The translations under genes and the position numbers were made by a program. Under the pieces are notes generated by a model. The model did no database searches. It was not told the DNA's origin and saw only the letters and a list, made by a program, of their open reading frames with translations. Of a stretch of 38,433 nucleotides of DNA, positions 25,146-33,454 are shown piece by piece (the stretch's first letter is position 1; the number at the start of each line of letters is the position of its first letter). Source of the stretch: an uncultured Bacilli bacterium (GTDB lineage Bacteria > Bacillota_I > Bacilli_A > RF39 > UBA660); assembly GCA_934085635.1 (NCBI GenBank), contig CAKOHL010000002.1, positions 1 through 38,433 of the forward strand, given 5' to 3'.

Positions 25146-25548
25146 ATTTTTCTAAATTGGTAAGAATCTCTTCTGAAATATCTTCAGCTTTTTCTCTTAA
25201 GTCTTCTATTAAATCTTCAAACCCATCAAGCTTCTTCTTAGCTGTATAACTAATTAACTTATTAATTTTCTTAATAACTTTCTTAGCTTGTCTTCTTGCT
25301 TGTTTATAATTGTTCATAAGTTCAAGAGTATTAATCTCTCTATCAATTTCATCTAACTTCTTTTCAATAACTTCTTGTACATCTTCTTCGCTGATATTAG
25401 AAAGTTTATCTTTTAAATTAATAAAAGTTTCTTTAATCTTCTTTCTAGTATCGCTTCCTTTTCTAGGCGCAAATAATATACCAGCACCAGCTCCTATAAT
25501 TGCTCCAGCTCCCATTGCTGCTAATACTTTTCCAGTTCCTTTTTTCAT
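25144..25548 (-). CDS. YtxH domain-containing protein
   Basis: Gly/Ala zipper N-terminus 'LAAMGAGAIIGAGAGILFAPRKGSDTRKKI', then a charged helical region. Confidence 0.75.
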   Translation of the reverse strand: MKKGTGKVLAAMGAGAIIGAGAGILFAPRKGSDTRKKIKETFINLKDKLSNISEEDVQEVIEKKLDEIDREINTLELMNNYKQARRQAKKVIKKINKLISYTAKKKLDGFEDLIEDLREKAEDISEEILTNLEK

Positions 25549-25678
25549 TTATTATCACATCCTTACATATCTATTATATCATTTTAAAAATAAAATATTA
25601 TAAAAAGTATAACAAAATATGTAAAATAACTGACATTTAATTATTTATTTGATAAAATTTAATAAAGGAGTGAATGTA

Positions 25679-26395
25679 ATGAGGAGAAAAGCAATATTAA
25701 TAATCCACGGTTTTGCAGGAGGAACATATGATGAAGAATATTTAGCAAACTCACTTGAGTTCGTTAAAAACTTTGACGTATTCTCTTTCACATTACCAGG
25801 ACACGAATCAAGAAAGGATAAAGCCACAAGGGCAGACTGGATACAAAGTGCTAGAAATCACGTAGAAATGTTAATAAATCATGGCTATAAAGACATCTAC
25901 GTAATAGGCCATTCAATGGGAGGAGTAATTGCATCAATAGTAGCAAGTGAATACAAAGAAATAAAAAAAGTTGTTCTAGCAGCAGCAGCATTTCAATATT
26001 TAAATAGTGGAAGTGATAAAACAAATGTAAAAGAACTAGCTAGTTTAATAAAAAGAAATGTAATAGATTACAGTGCAGAAGAAATATTCTCAAGATTCTT
26101 AAAAATGCCACTTAACTCACTAAAAGAATTTATGAGTATAGTAAAAGAAAATCAAGATGTAATAAAAAGTGTTGATACACCAATACTAATATTGCATGGT
26201 AAAAATGACAAACTAGTGCCTCTAACAAGTTCTAGGTATATATATAATAATGTTAAAAGTAAATCTAAAATATATTATAAAATAAAAGGTGTAAATCATG
26301 ACATATTTAATAGTAACAGAAAAGAAGAAATATGTGAAATAATAATTAAATTCTTAAAGAAAAATCATAAATGTATAATAGAAGAAGAAATATAA
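25679..26395 (+). CDS. Alpha/beta-fold hydrolase (carboxylesterase or monoacylglycerol-lipase-like)
   Basis: Contains 'ILIIHGFAG', nucleophile elbow 'GHSMGG', 'LHGKNDKLVP' and 'NHD'. Start set at ATG 25679 after AAAGGAG. Confidence 0.8.
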   Translation: MRRKAILIIHGFAGGTYDEEYLANSLEFVKNFDVFSFTLPGHESRKDKATRADWIQSARNHVEMLINHGYKDIYVIGHSMGGVIASIVASEYKEIKKVVLAAAAFQYLNSGSDKTNVKELASLIKRNVIDYSAEEIFSRFLKMPLNSLKEFMSIVKENQDVIKSVDTPILILHGKNDKLVPLTSSRYIYNNVKSKSKIYYKIKGVNHDIFNSNRKEEICEIIIKFLKKNHKCIIEEEI

Positions 26396-26454
26396 TCTGG
26401 GCTTTAGCATAAACAGATAAGTAGATAAAAACATAAAATAACTTGGAGGGCAAT

Positions 26455-27255
26455 ATGTTAGAATATGTTTTTACTTTAAGTCCAGTATTACTAGCCCTGA
26501 TGGCTGGAATAATAACTTGGTTATTCACTTTACTAGGTGCTGGACTCGTCGTGTTTTTTAAAAATATAAATAAAAAAGTTATGGATTTAATGCTAGCTTT
26601 AGCCGCAGGACTAATGCTTGCTGCGAGCTTTTGGAGTTTATTAAATCCTGGAATAGAAATGGCAAAAATTCAAAATCAAATTGCACCATTAATTGCTAGT
26701 TTAGGTTTTTTATCAGGAGCATTATTAATTGTACTAAGTGATAAAATAGTTAATAAAATAATAAAAAAGAAAACAGAGAGTGAAAATAGTAAATTCAAAA
26801 GAAGTCTATTATTAATATTTAGTATAACAGTCCACAATATTCCAGAAGGTTTAGCGGTGGGTTTAGCCTTTGGCTCACTAACATTTACGTGTACATCATC
26901 CGCACTTGTAAGTGCCTTTGTCTTCGCTTTTGGCATAGCGGTGCAAAACTTTCCTGAAGGTGCAGCAATAAGCTTGCCTCTAAGAAGAGAAGGTTACTCT
27001 AGAAAAAAAGCATTCTTCTATGGACAATTAAGTGGTATAGTCGAGCCAATCGCTGCAGTAATAGGCGCAATACTAGTAATGAAAATAAAAGTAGTACTTC
27101 CATTCTTCTTATGTTTTGCAGCAGGAGCGATGGTCTATGTAGTAACAAAAGAAATAATACCTGAAAGCCAAGATAACAATTACAAAACAAAAGCGGCACT
27201 TTTTACAATGATAGGCTTCACCATAATGATGGTACTTGATGTAGCGCTTGGTTAA
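26455..27255 (+). CDS. ZIP-family divalent metal (zinc) transporter, ZupT-like
   Basis: Polytopic. Contains 'HNIPEGLAVG' and 'QNFPEGAAIS', the paired ZIP signature motifs. ATG 26455 follows GGAGGG. Confidence 0.85.
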   Translation: MLEYVFTLSPVLLALMAGIITWLFTLLGAGLVVFFKNINKKVMDLMLALAAGLMLAASFWSLLNPGIEMAKIQNQIAPLIASLGFLSGALLIVLSDKIVNKIIKKKTESENSKFKRSLLLIFSITVHNIPEGLAVGLAFGSLTFTCTSSALVSAFVFAFGIAVQNFPEGAAISLPLRREGYSRKKAFFYGQLSGIVEPIAAVIGAILVMKIKVVLPFFLCFAAGAMVYVVTKEIIPESQDNNYKTKAALFTMIGFTIMMVLDVALG

Positions 27256-27346
27256 ACTTTGCTAATAAGCAGAGTTTTTTTATGCCCTTAAACTTAACAT
27301 TGTTATTTTTCCTAGTTTTGGTATAATTATAAAGGAGGATAGATAT

Positions 27347-28090
27347 ATGAAATGTTTAATAACAGGAGCATCTAGTGGAATAGGTAAAGATATGGCTAAA
27401 TACCTAAGCACTCTAGGTCACGAAGTGATATTAGTATCAAAAGATAAAACTAAATTAGAAAGCACTAGTAAAAATATAAAAAACTCTAGCATCTTTATAT
27501 GTGATTTAAGCAAAGAAGAAGAATTAAATGAACTATGCAAATTTATACTAAAAGAAAAACCAGAAGTAGTAATAAATGACGCTGGATTTGGTGCATTTGG
27601 CGACTACACAGAAGTTTCAGTAGACAAAGAAATAAATATGATTATGGTAAATGTAGTCGCACTTCATAAAATTACAAAAACTTGTCTAAAATATATGGAA
27701 AACAATAATTACATATTAAATGTAGCAAGTATTGCTGGAGTATTACCTGGTGGGCCACTACTTTCAACTTACTATGCAACTAAAAGCTATGTAAGAAGTT
27801 ATACCCTAGGTTTATATGAAGAATTAAGAAGAAACAAATCAAAAGTTTCAATTAGTAGTCTTTGTCCAGGACCAGTAGACACTAACTTCAATAAAGTTGC
27901 TGGTGGACATTTTAGCATAAACTCAAAAACAAGTGAATATGTTAGCAAATATGCAATTGATAAAATGTTCAAAAGAAAAGTATTAATATTCCCAGGAATA
28001 GATGTAAAACTAGGATATATATTTGGCAAAATATTACCATATAAACTAGTATTAAAAGTACTATACAAAATAGAACATAAAAAAAGATAG
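27347..28090 (+). CDS. Short-chain dehydrogenase/reductase (SDR)
   Basis: 'ITGASSGIGKD' cofactor motif, 'NDAGFG' and the catalytic 'YYATKSY' (YxxxK). Confidence 0.85.
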   Translation: MKCLITGASSGIGKDMAKYLSTLGHEVILVSKDKTKLESTSKNIKNSSIFICDLSKEEELNELCKFILKEKPEVVINDAGFGAFGDYTEVSVDKEINMIMVNVVALHKITKTCLKYMENNNYILNVASIAGVLPGGPLLSTYYATKSYVRSYTLGLYEELRRNKSKVSISSLCPGPVDTNFNKVAGGHFSINSKTSEYVSKYAIDKMFKRKVLIFPGIDVKLGYIFGKILPYKLVLKVLYKIEHKKR

Positions 28091-28099
28091 GGGTAGTAA

Positions 28100-28936
28100 A
28101 TGAAAAATAGAAGAGATGGTAAAAGAGTAAAGGACTTAGATGCAATGCACGCACTTATGCCATACATAAAACCAAATAGATGTGACAGTGATGTATTCAT
28201 AAATCAAATAATGGATGTAACAGAATTAGTAAAATATTATGGCAAATTAAAAGCTAAAGATAAAGATATAACATACTTTCATATGTTTATAACACTTATT
28301 GCCAAAACAATATACAATAGACCACTTTTAAACAGATTCATAATAAATAAAAATTATTATGACAGAAACGAAGTAACTATCGCGTTCACTTCTAAAATAA
28401 ATTATGAAGACAAAGCAAAAGAAATACTTAAAGTTCTAACTATTGAAGAAAATGATAATTTAGAAACTATAAAAACTAAAACATTAAAAGCAGTTAATGA
28501 AGTAAGAAATGCAAAAGAAAGTGGTACTAATAGCATAATGAGTATAGTAAGCAAACTTCCAAATTTTATTATGAGTTTAGTTGTAAAAATAGTAAAATTT
28601 ATGGATAGACACGACTTACTTCCAAAAAGTCTAATAGACGACAACTTATACTACAGCACTTGCATAGTAAGTAATTTAGGAAGCATACAAAGTGGAGCAA
28701 TATATCATAACCTAACTGACTTTGGAACAAGTAGCATTTTAGCAACAATTGGAGAAATAAAAGAAGAAAATGGTAAATATTTTTGTGAATTTGGAATAAA
28801 TATAGATGAGAGGATTGCAGATGGTGTATACTTTGTTAAATCAGTTAAACTAATGCAAGAAATATTAAATAATCCAGAAAGTCTTGAAAGGAACGTAAAT
28901 GATAAAATTGAAATTAAAACAAAATTCAAATATTAA
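28100..28936 (+). CDS. Stand-alone 2-oxoacid-dehydrogenase E2 / CAT-like acyltransferase catalytic-domain protein
   Basis: E2-type blocks 'ITYFHMFITLIAK', 'VSNLGS' and 'DERIADG' (in place of DHRxxDG). No lipoyl or subunit-binding domains. Confidence 0.6.
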   Translation: MKNRRDGKRVKDLDAMHALMPYIKPNRCDSDVFINQIMDVTELVKYYGKLKAKDKDITYFHMFITLIAKTIYNRPLLNRFIINKNYYDRNEVTIAFTSKINYEDKAKEILKVLTIEENDNLETIKTKTLKAVNEVRNAKESGTNSIMSIVSKLPNFIMSLVVKIVKFMDRHDLLPKSLIDDNLYYSTCIVSNLGSIQSGAIYHNLTDFGTSSILATIGEIKEENGKYFCEFGINIDERIADGVYFVKSVKLMQEILNNPESLERNVNDKIEIKTKFKY

Positions 28937-30626
28937 CAAACCTTGGGTAAACTTTTATGATGAAGGTGTACCTAAAACAATAAATTACCCAGATAAAATG
29001 TTATGGGAAATGATTAAGGATAGTGCAGATAGAAATCCAAACTTACTCGCATATGAATACTATGGAACGACAAGTACATTTAAAAAACTTATGAAAGATA
29101 TAGCATCTTGTGCAAGAAGTTTAAAAAGCATAGGGGTAAGAGAAAAAGACATTGTAACAATATGTTCTCCTAATATGCCTCAAGCAATAATATTATTCTA
29201 TGCAATAAATATGGTAGGCGCTATCAGTAATATGGTTCATCCATTAAGTGCAGAAAAAGAAATTGAATATTTCCTAACTGTATCAAAAAGTAAATATATA
29301 TTCACTGTAGATATTGCTTGTGAAAAAGTAATGAATGTAATAAAAAATACTCAAGTAGAAAAAGTTATAGTAATGTCTCCAGCAGAAAAGATGAATAAGA
29401 TAACTCGCTTTGCCTACAACTTAACAACAAAAAAAGCAAAAGTCCCTTATGATAATGATATGGTATTCTCATATAATAGCTTTATTGATTTTGGATATAT
29501 GTATGATGGAAAATATATTCACAATGGTAAAGCACTTGATAAGGCAGTAATACTTTATAGTGGAGGTACAACAGGTAAACCAAAAGGAATTGTATTATCT
29601 AATAATAGTTTTAACGCAGCAACACTCCAAACAGGTAGTATGATAGGACCTATTGAAAAAGGAGACTCAGTTCTAACAATAATGCCTATATTCCATGCAT
29701 TCGGACTAGATGTATGTATTCACACTCCATTAACTTTCGGAGTAAAATGTATATTAATTCCAGTATTTAACTACAAAAAATTCGGTAGACTTATAAAACA
29801 ATACAAACCTAACTTTATAGTTGGTGTACCTACATTATTAAACACAATGATAAATGATAAAGGATTAGAAGAAATGGATTTATCATTCATAAAATGTATA
29901 ATAACTGGAGGAGATACTGTAAGTCCTGAACTTAAAAGAAATGTTGATAACTTTATGAAAAAACACAATAGTAAAGCAACGGTAAGACCTGGTTATGGAC
30001 TAACTGAAGGAGCAGGCGCAAGTTGCTTACTTCCAAATAAAGTTCAACCAGAAGGAAGTATAGGAATTCCTTGTCAAGATTGCTTATACAAAATAGTAGA
30101 CATAAACACTAAAGAAGATTTAAGGCCTAATGAAATTGGAGAAATATGCATAAGTGGTCCTAATGTGATGATAGAATACCTAAGTGATGAAGAAGAAACT
30201 AAAAAAGTACTAATAAAAGACAAAAAAGGAATTACTTGGCTTCACACAGGCGATGTTGGTAAAATGGATGAAAATGGTTTCGTATATTTTGAACAAAGAC
30301 TAAAAAGAATAATTATATCAAGTGGATACAACATATATCCTTCACACATAGAAAGCATTTTAAATAAACACCCACTAGTAAGTGAAGTATGTGTAGTATC
30401 AATGCCTCATCCATATAAAACAGAAGTAGCAAAAGCATTCGTAGTTTTAAATGATCAAAATGTAAACAAAGATAAAGTAAAAAGTGAACTTAAAAAATTA
30501 GCTAGTGAATACTTAGCTAAATATAGTTTACCTTATGAATATGAATTCGTAAGTGATTTACCTAGAACTAACCTAGGAAAAGTAGATTATAAGAAACTAG
30601 AAGCAAAAAGTAAATCTTTCAACTAA
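28899..30626 (+). CDS. AMP-dependent synthetase/ligase (long-chain acyl-CoA-synthetase-like)
   Basis: AMP-binding motif 'YSGGTTGKPKGIVLSN', then 'GYGLTEG', 'TGDVGKMDENGFVYFEQRLKRII' and 'PRTNLGKVDYKKL'. The ATG, with GAAAGGAA upstream, overlaps the preceding CDS by 38 nt. Confidence 0.85.
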   Translation: MIKLKLKQNSNINKPWVNFYDEGVPKTINYPDKMLWEMIKDSADRNPNLLAYEYYGTTSTFKKLMKDIASCARSLKSIGVREKDIVTICSPNMPQAIILFYAINMVGAISNMVHPLSAEKEIEYFLTVSKSKYIFTVDIACEKVMNVIKNTQVEKVIVMSPAEKMNKITRFAYNLTTKKAKVPYDNDMVFSYNSFIDFGYMYDGKYIHNGKALDKAVILYSGGTTGKPKGIVLSNNSFNAATLQTGSMIGPIEKGDSVLTIMPIFHAFGLDVCIHTPLTFGVKCILIPVFNYKKFGRLIKQYKPNFIVGVPTLLNTMINDKGLEEMDLSFIKCIITGGDTVSPELKRNVDNFMKKHNSKATVRPGYGLTEGAGASCLLPNKVQPEGSIGIPCQDCLYKIVDINTKEDLRPNEIGEICISGPNVMIEYLSDEEETKKVLIKDKKGITWLHTGDVGKMDENGFVYFEQRLKRIIISSGYNIYPSHIESILNKHPLVSEVCVVSMPHPYKTEVAKAFVVLNDQNVNKDKVKSELKKLASEYLAKYSLPYEYEFVSDLPRTNLGKVDYKKLEAKSKSFN

Positions 30627-30662
30627 CTGAAAGATTTTTCTTTTTTTGGTAAAATCTTTCAG
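30627..30662 (+). terminator. Hairpin immediately after the ligase gene
   Basis: 12-bp stem CTGAAAGATTTT (30627-30638) / AAAATCTTTCAG (30651-30662). No clean U-tract after the stem. Confidence 0.5.
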
Positions 30663-30791
30663 TATAATTATTATTATGGTTTAAATGATAAAACATATGA
30701 ATTATTATAACAAACAATGAACTAGATTATTCTACAATTGTAGTTGAACATATAAAATTAAAATATTTCCTACTTATAGAAAGTTTGGATT

Positions 30792-30834
30792 AAAAAAAGT
30801 TTTGCAACTTTATTTGCAAAACTTTATTTTTTTT
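30792..30834. terminator. Bidirectional intrinsic terminator (serves hsp20 on the minus strand)
   Basis: 12-bp stem AAAGTTTTGCAA (30796-30807) / TTGCAAAACTTT (30814-30825), flanked by A7 upstream and T8 downstream. Confidence 0.75.
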
Positions 30835-31222
30835 AGTCTATATTAATAAGTTTTTTATTATCTTTTTTAGGTGTTTCAGGAACAATTACTCTTAAAGTTC
30901 CATCTTTAAATTCAGCTTTAATATCTTTATGATCTACATCACCAATATAAAATTCTCTCTTAAATGAACCATAATATCTTTCTCTCTTAATGTAATGTTT
31001 ATCCTTATCATCGTTTTCTTTGCTCTTATGTGCACTTATAGTAAGGTATCCATCTTCAACTTCGATTTTAACATCTTTCTTGTCAAATCCTGGAATATCC
31101 ATTACGATGTTGTATTTACCTTCTTTCTCATAAATATCACAATTCATATTCATTAATTTTTTATCAGTATCGAAATCATTAAAGATATCATCTAAATAAA
31201 ATCTTCCTGGTAATAAACTCAT
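30833..31222 (-). CDS. Hsp20 / alpha-crystallin family small heat-shock protein
   Basis: Alpha-crystallin domain 'DIYEKEGKYNIVMDIPGFDKKDVKIEVEDGYLTISA...ERYYGSFKREFYIG...IKAEFKDGTLRVIVP'. Confidence 0.9.
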   Translation of the reverse strand: MSLLPGRFYLDDIFNDFDTDKKLMNMNCDIYEKEGKYNIVMDIPGFDKKDVKIEVEDGYLTISAHKSKENDDKDKHYIKRERYYGSFKREFYIGDVDHKDIKAEFKDGTLRVIVPETPKKDNKKLINID

Positions 31223-31245
31223 AATATCATCTCCTTACGATTATG

Positions 31246-31274
31246 ATTATACTACTATCATTAGCACTTGTCAA
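31246..31274 (-). promoter_or_regulatory. Consensus sigma-A promoter of hsp20
   Basis: On the minus strand: TTGACA (31274-31269), a 17-nt spacer, then TATAAT (31251-31246). It is followed by AAGGAG and the ATG. Confidence 0.7.
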
Positions 31275-31287
31275 CACTGAGTGCTAA
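31261..31287. promoter_or_regulatory. CIRCE element (HrcA operator)
   Basis: TTAGCACTT-N9-GAGTGCTAA, against the consensus TTAGCACTC-N9-GAGTGCTAA. One mismatch. It overlaps the -35 hexamer of the hsp20 promoter. Confidence 0.8.
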
Positions 31288-31418
31288 TTTTTTCAAACTT
31301 TTTTGTAGTACATTAAAATTATGTACATTAATTCAAAAAATATCCTTTATCTAAATGGTATATATTGGAAGTAAAAATATATTTATAATGTTAATAATAT
31401 ACCTAGGAGGAATTATTA

Positions 31419-31615
31419 TGAATGAAGTACCAAATATAATATCTACTAAAGACTTATCTTATATAAAAGATATGCTTAAGTGGAATTTCACATTAATTAA
31501 AAAAACAAATATGTATGCAGAAATGTGCACTGATGAAAGTGTAAAAAAATTACTTGAAAGAGTAAGTAAAGTTCATAAAGCACAGTTTGAAGATTTAATG
31601 GACATACTTAAATAA
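31419..31615 (+). CDS. Small helical spore-coat-associated protein (CotF-like partner)
   Basis: 65 codons from the ATG after AGGAGG; the ORF-track start at 31355 has no RBS. Sits immediately upstream of a Coat F-domain gene, with a helical pattern similar to it. Confidence 0.45.
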
Positions 31616-31624
31616 GGAGGACCT

Positions 31625-31930
31625 ATGGCAAAAATAGAAAATAAGAAAAAAGAAGTTTCTAAAGGAAAAGAAATGAATGATAAAGATATATTAAATGATA
31701 TATTAGAATACGAAAAAAATATGAGTAATAATTATAGCATAGCATTAAATGAAATGAGCAATAAAGTTCTTTATAAAAAAGTATTCACACTATTTAAAGA
31801 AAGTAAAGGACTTGCTAGAGACATATTTGATACTATGTTTGTAAATGGATGGTACAGTCTAGAAACAGCAGAAGAAAATAAAATTACAAAAGCTTACGAT
31901 GAAGCTAAAAAAGAATATGGTGAACTTTAA
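31625..31930 (+). CDS. Coat F domain spore coat protein
   Basis: 'DKDILNDILEYEKNMSNNYSIALNEMSNKVLYKKVFTLFKESKGLARDIFDTMFVNGWY' fits the Coat F pattern. RBS AGGAGG. Confidence 0.65.
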   Translation: MAKIENKKKEVSKGKEMNDKDILNDILEYEKNMSNNYSIALNEMSNKVLYKKVFTLFKESKGLARDIFDTMFVNGWYSLETAEENKITKAYDEAKKEYGEL

Positions 31931-32292
31931 TTAAAAAGTCCACCATATTTATCTTCCATCTTATTTATCTCATTTCTAAGAGAATTAAAAACAGATTTCA
32001 TCTCCTCTGGATAAACTTTACTTAAAATTTTCCTTAAATATTCTATATTATATTCAAAAGGATTATAAAGATTTTTAACTTCTTTTGAATTAATATTCAT
32101 AACTGTACCGTGAACTCTTCTTTCAACAAGTCCTTGGCTAGCCGAGTTAGTTATAATTAGCTGACTGATAAGCATTAACCAGTTACCAATAACATTCTGT
32201 TCATTAGCGGTAAAGTCATCTATAAGCAAATAACCTATAAGAACACAAATTGCAGTAGAAACTTTAGGATTTAACTCAAATAAGTCTTCCAT
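31927..32292 (-). CDS. Hypothetical protein
   Basis: 121-aa ORF with a hydrophobic N-terminal helix pair ('AICVLIGYLLIDDFTANEQNVIGNWLMLISQLIIT'). Convergent with the cotF-like gene and overlaps it by 4 nt. No family assigned. Confidence 0.5.
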   Translation of the reverse strand: MEDLFELNPKVSTAICVLIGYLLIDDFTANEQNVIGNWLMLISQLIITNSASQGLVERRVHGTVMNINSKEVKNLYNPFEYNIEYLRKILSKVYPEEMKSVFNSLRNEINKMEDKYGGLFN

Positions 32293-32387
32293 AACTTCAC
32301 CACTTTCTTATTAATTCTATTCTTTTAATTAAATAATATCGACTTTTATTTTAAAATTTGGTAGAATTAAATCGGAGGTAAAAAATT

Positions 32388-32927
32388 ATGGAATTAAAAG
32401 GAAGTCAAACAGAAAAGAATTTAATGACTGCGTTTGCAGGGGAAAGTCAAGCAAGAAATAAATATACATATTATGCTAGTCAAGCAAAGAAAGATGGTTA
32501 TGAACAAATTGCTGCTATCTTTGAAGAAACAGCTGGTAACGAAAAAGAACACGCTAAATTATGGTTCAAACTTTTAAACGGAGGTAAAGTTCCAACTACA
32601 ATGGATAATCTAAAAGACGCAGCTGAAGGTGAAAACTATGAATGGACTGATATGTATAAAAGTTTTAGTGAAACTGCAAAAGAAGAAGGCTTTGACGACA
32701 TAGCAGAACTATTTAAAATGGTAGGAGACATAGAAAAACATCACGAAGAAAGATATCTAACACTACTAAAAAAAGTAGAAGACAATTTAGTATTTGAAAC
32801 AGAAGAAGAAACTATTTGGATATGCAGAAACTGTGGGCACGTATACAGAAGCAAAGAAGCACTTGAAGTTTGCCCAGTATGCAAACACGGTAAAGCTTAC
32901 CAAGAAAAAAGAGCAACTAACTACTAG
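32388..32927 (+). CDS. rbr: Rubrerythrin
   Basis: Ferritin-like di-iron motifs '[10 protein letters not shown]', 'EKEHAKLW', 'EGENYEW' and 'IEKHHEERY', plus a C-terminal rubredoxin 'CRNCGH...CPVCKH'. Confidence 0.9.
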   Translation: MELKGSQTEKNLMTAFAGESQARNKYTYYASQAKKDGYEQIAAIFEETAGNEKEHAKLWFKLLNGGKVPTTMDNLKDAAEGENYEWTDMYKSFSETAKEEGFDDIAELFKMVGDIEKHHEERYLTLLKKVEDNLVFETEEETIWICRNCGHVYRSKEALEVCPVCKHGKAYQEKRATNY

Positions 32928-33175
32928 TTGTTCTTTTTCTTACTTTTGAGTTCATCTAATCTATCTAAAAGATCAGAATACTCTTTGTAATCTGGTCTAC
33001 TTTCAGTAAAAACATTTAAATTGGTTAAATCATCTAATATACTTAGTGCTATATCTTTATCAGTAATATATAAAATATTAAATAAATTAACATAAGTTTT
33101 AAAATCTGCAATCATAATTGGAGTATTATTTTCTTTTAATGATTTAATTTTAATTAAAAATTCTTCAATAGTCAT
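32924..33175 (-). CDS. Hypothetical protein
   Basis: 83-aa ORF preceded by an RBS-like GAGGAGA (reverse complement of TCTCCTC at 33181-33187). No recognisable motif. Confidence 0.45.
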   Translation of the reverse strand: MTIEEFLIKIKSLKENNTPIMIADFKTYVNLFNILYITDKDIALSILDDLTNLNVFTESRPDYKEYSDLLDRLDELKSKKKNN

Positions 33176-33230
33176 ATTAGTCTCCTCTAGATAAATAAAA
33201 AAAACGCATAAACGCGTATCTTTAAAAATA

Positions 33231-33306
33231 TGGCGCCCGTTGCAGGACTCGAACCTGCGACCTAACGGTTAACAGCCGTGCGCTCTACCGACTGAGCTAA
33301 ACGGGC
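33231..33306 (-). tRNA. tRNA-Asn (anticodon GTT), CCA encoded
   Basis: The reverse complement is GCCCGTTTAGCTCAGTCGGTAGAGCGCACGGCTGTTAACCGTTAGGTCGCAGGTTCGAGTCCTGCAACGGGCGCCA. It has a 7-bp acceptor stem, D arm GCTC/GAGC, anticodon loop CTGTTAA and T arm GCAGG-TTCGAGT-CCTGC; 76 nt. Confidence 0.9.
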
Positions 33307-33320
33307 GGGCTACGTATTTA

Positions 33321-33349
33321 ATTCTACTTCAAAATATGTTTAAAGTCAA
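33321..33349 (-). promoter_or_regulatory. Sigma-A-type promoter of tRNA-Asn
   Basis: On the minus strand: TTGACT (33349-33344), a 17-nt spacer, then TAGAAT (33326-33321), ending 14 nt before the tRNA 5' end. Confidence 0.55.
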
Positions 33350-33418
33350 TTAAAAATACTAAAAAAAATAAAAAATGTGAAAAAATTTGTAAATTTATAC
33401 TCTTTCTTTTGTATTTTG

Positions 33419-33447
33419 TGTACATTTTTGGTACAATAATTATGGTG
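33419..33447 (+). promoter_or_regulatory. Sigma-A-type promoter of the AAA+ gene
   Basis: TTGTAT (33419-33424), a 17-nt spacer, then the extended -10 TGgTACAAT (TACAAT at 33442-33447). Confidence 0.45.
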
Positions 33448-33454
33448 AGGTACT

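Noticed and set aside
32293-32387. Looked for PerR or Fur-type boxes upstream of rubrerythrin, and for a Zur box upstream of the ZIP transporter (26396-26454).
   Set aside because: There is no 7-1-7 inverted repeat resembling TTATAATnATTATAA or a Zur box, only generic AT-rich sequence.
33176-33454. Considered whether tRNA-Asn marks the boundary of an integrated island, which would show a duplicated tRNA 3' end.
   Set aside because: I could not find a second copy of the tRNA 3' segment (TGGCGCCCGTTGCAGGACTCGAACC or its complement) anywhere in the window, and no tyrosine integrase gene is adjacent.
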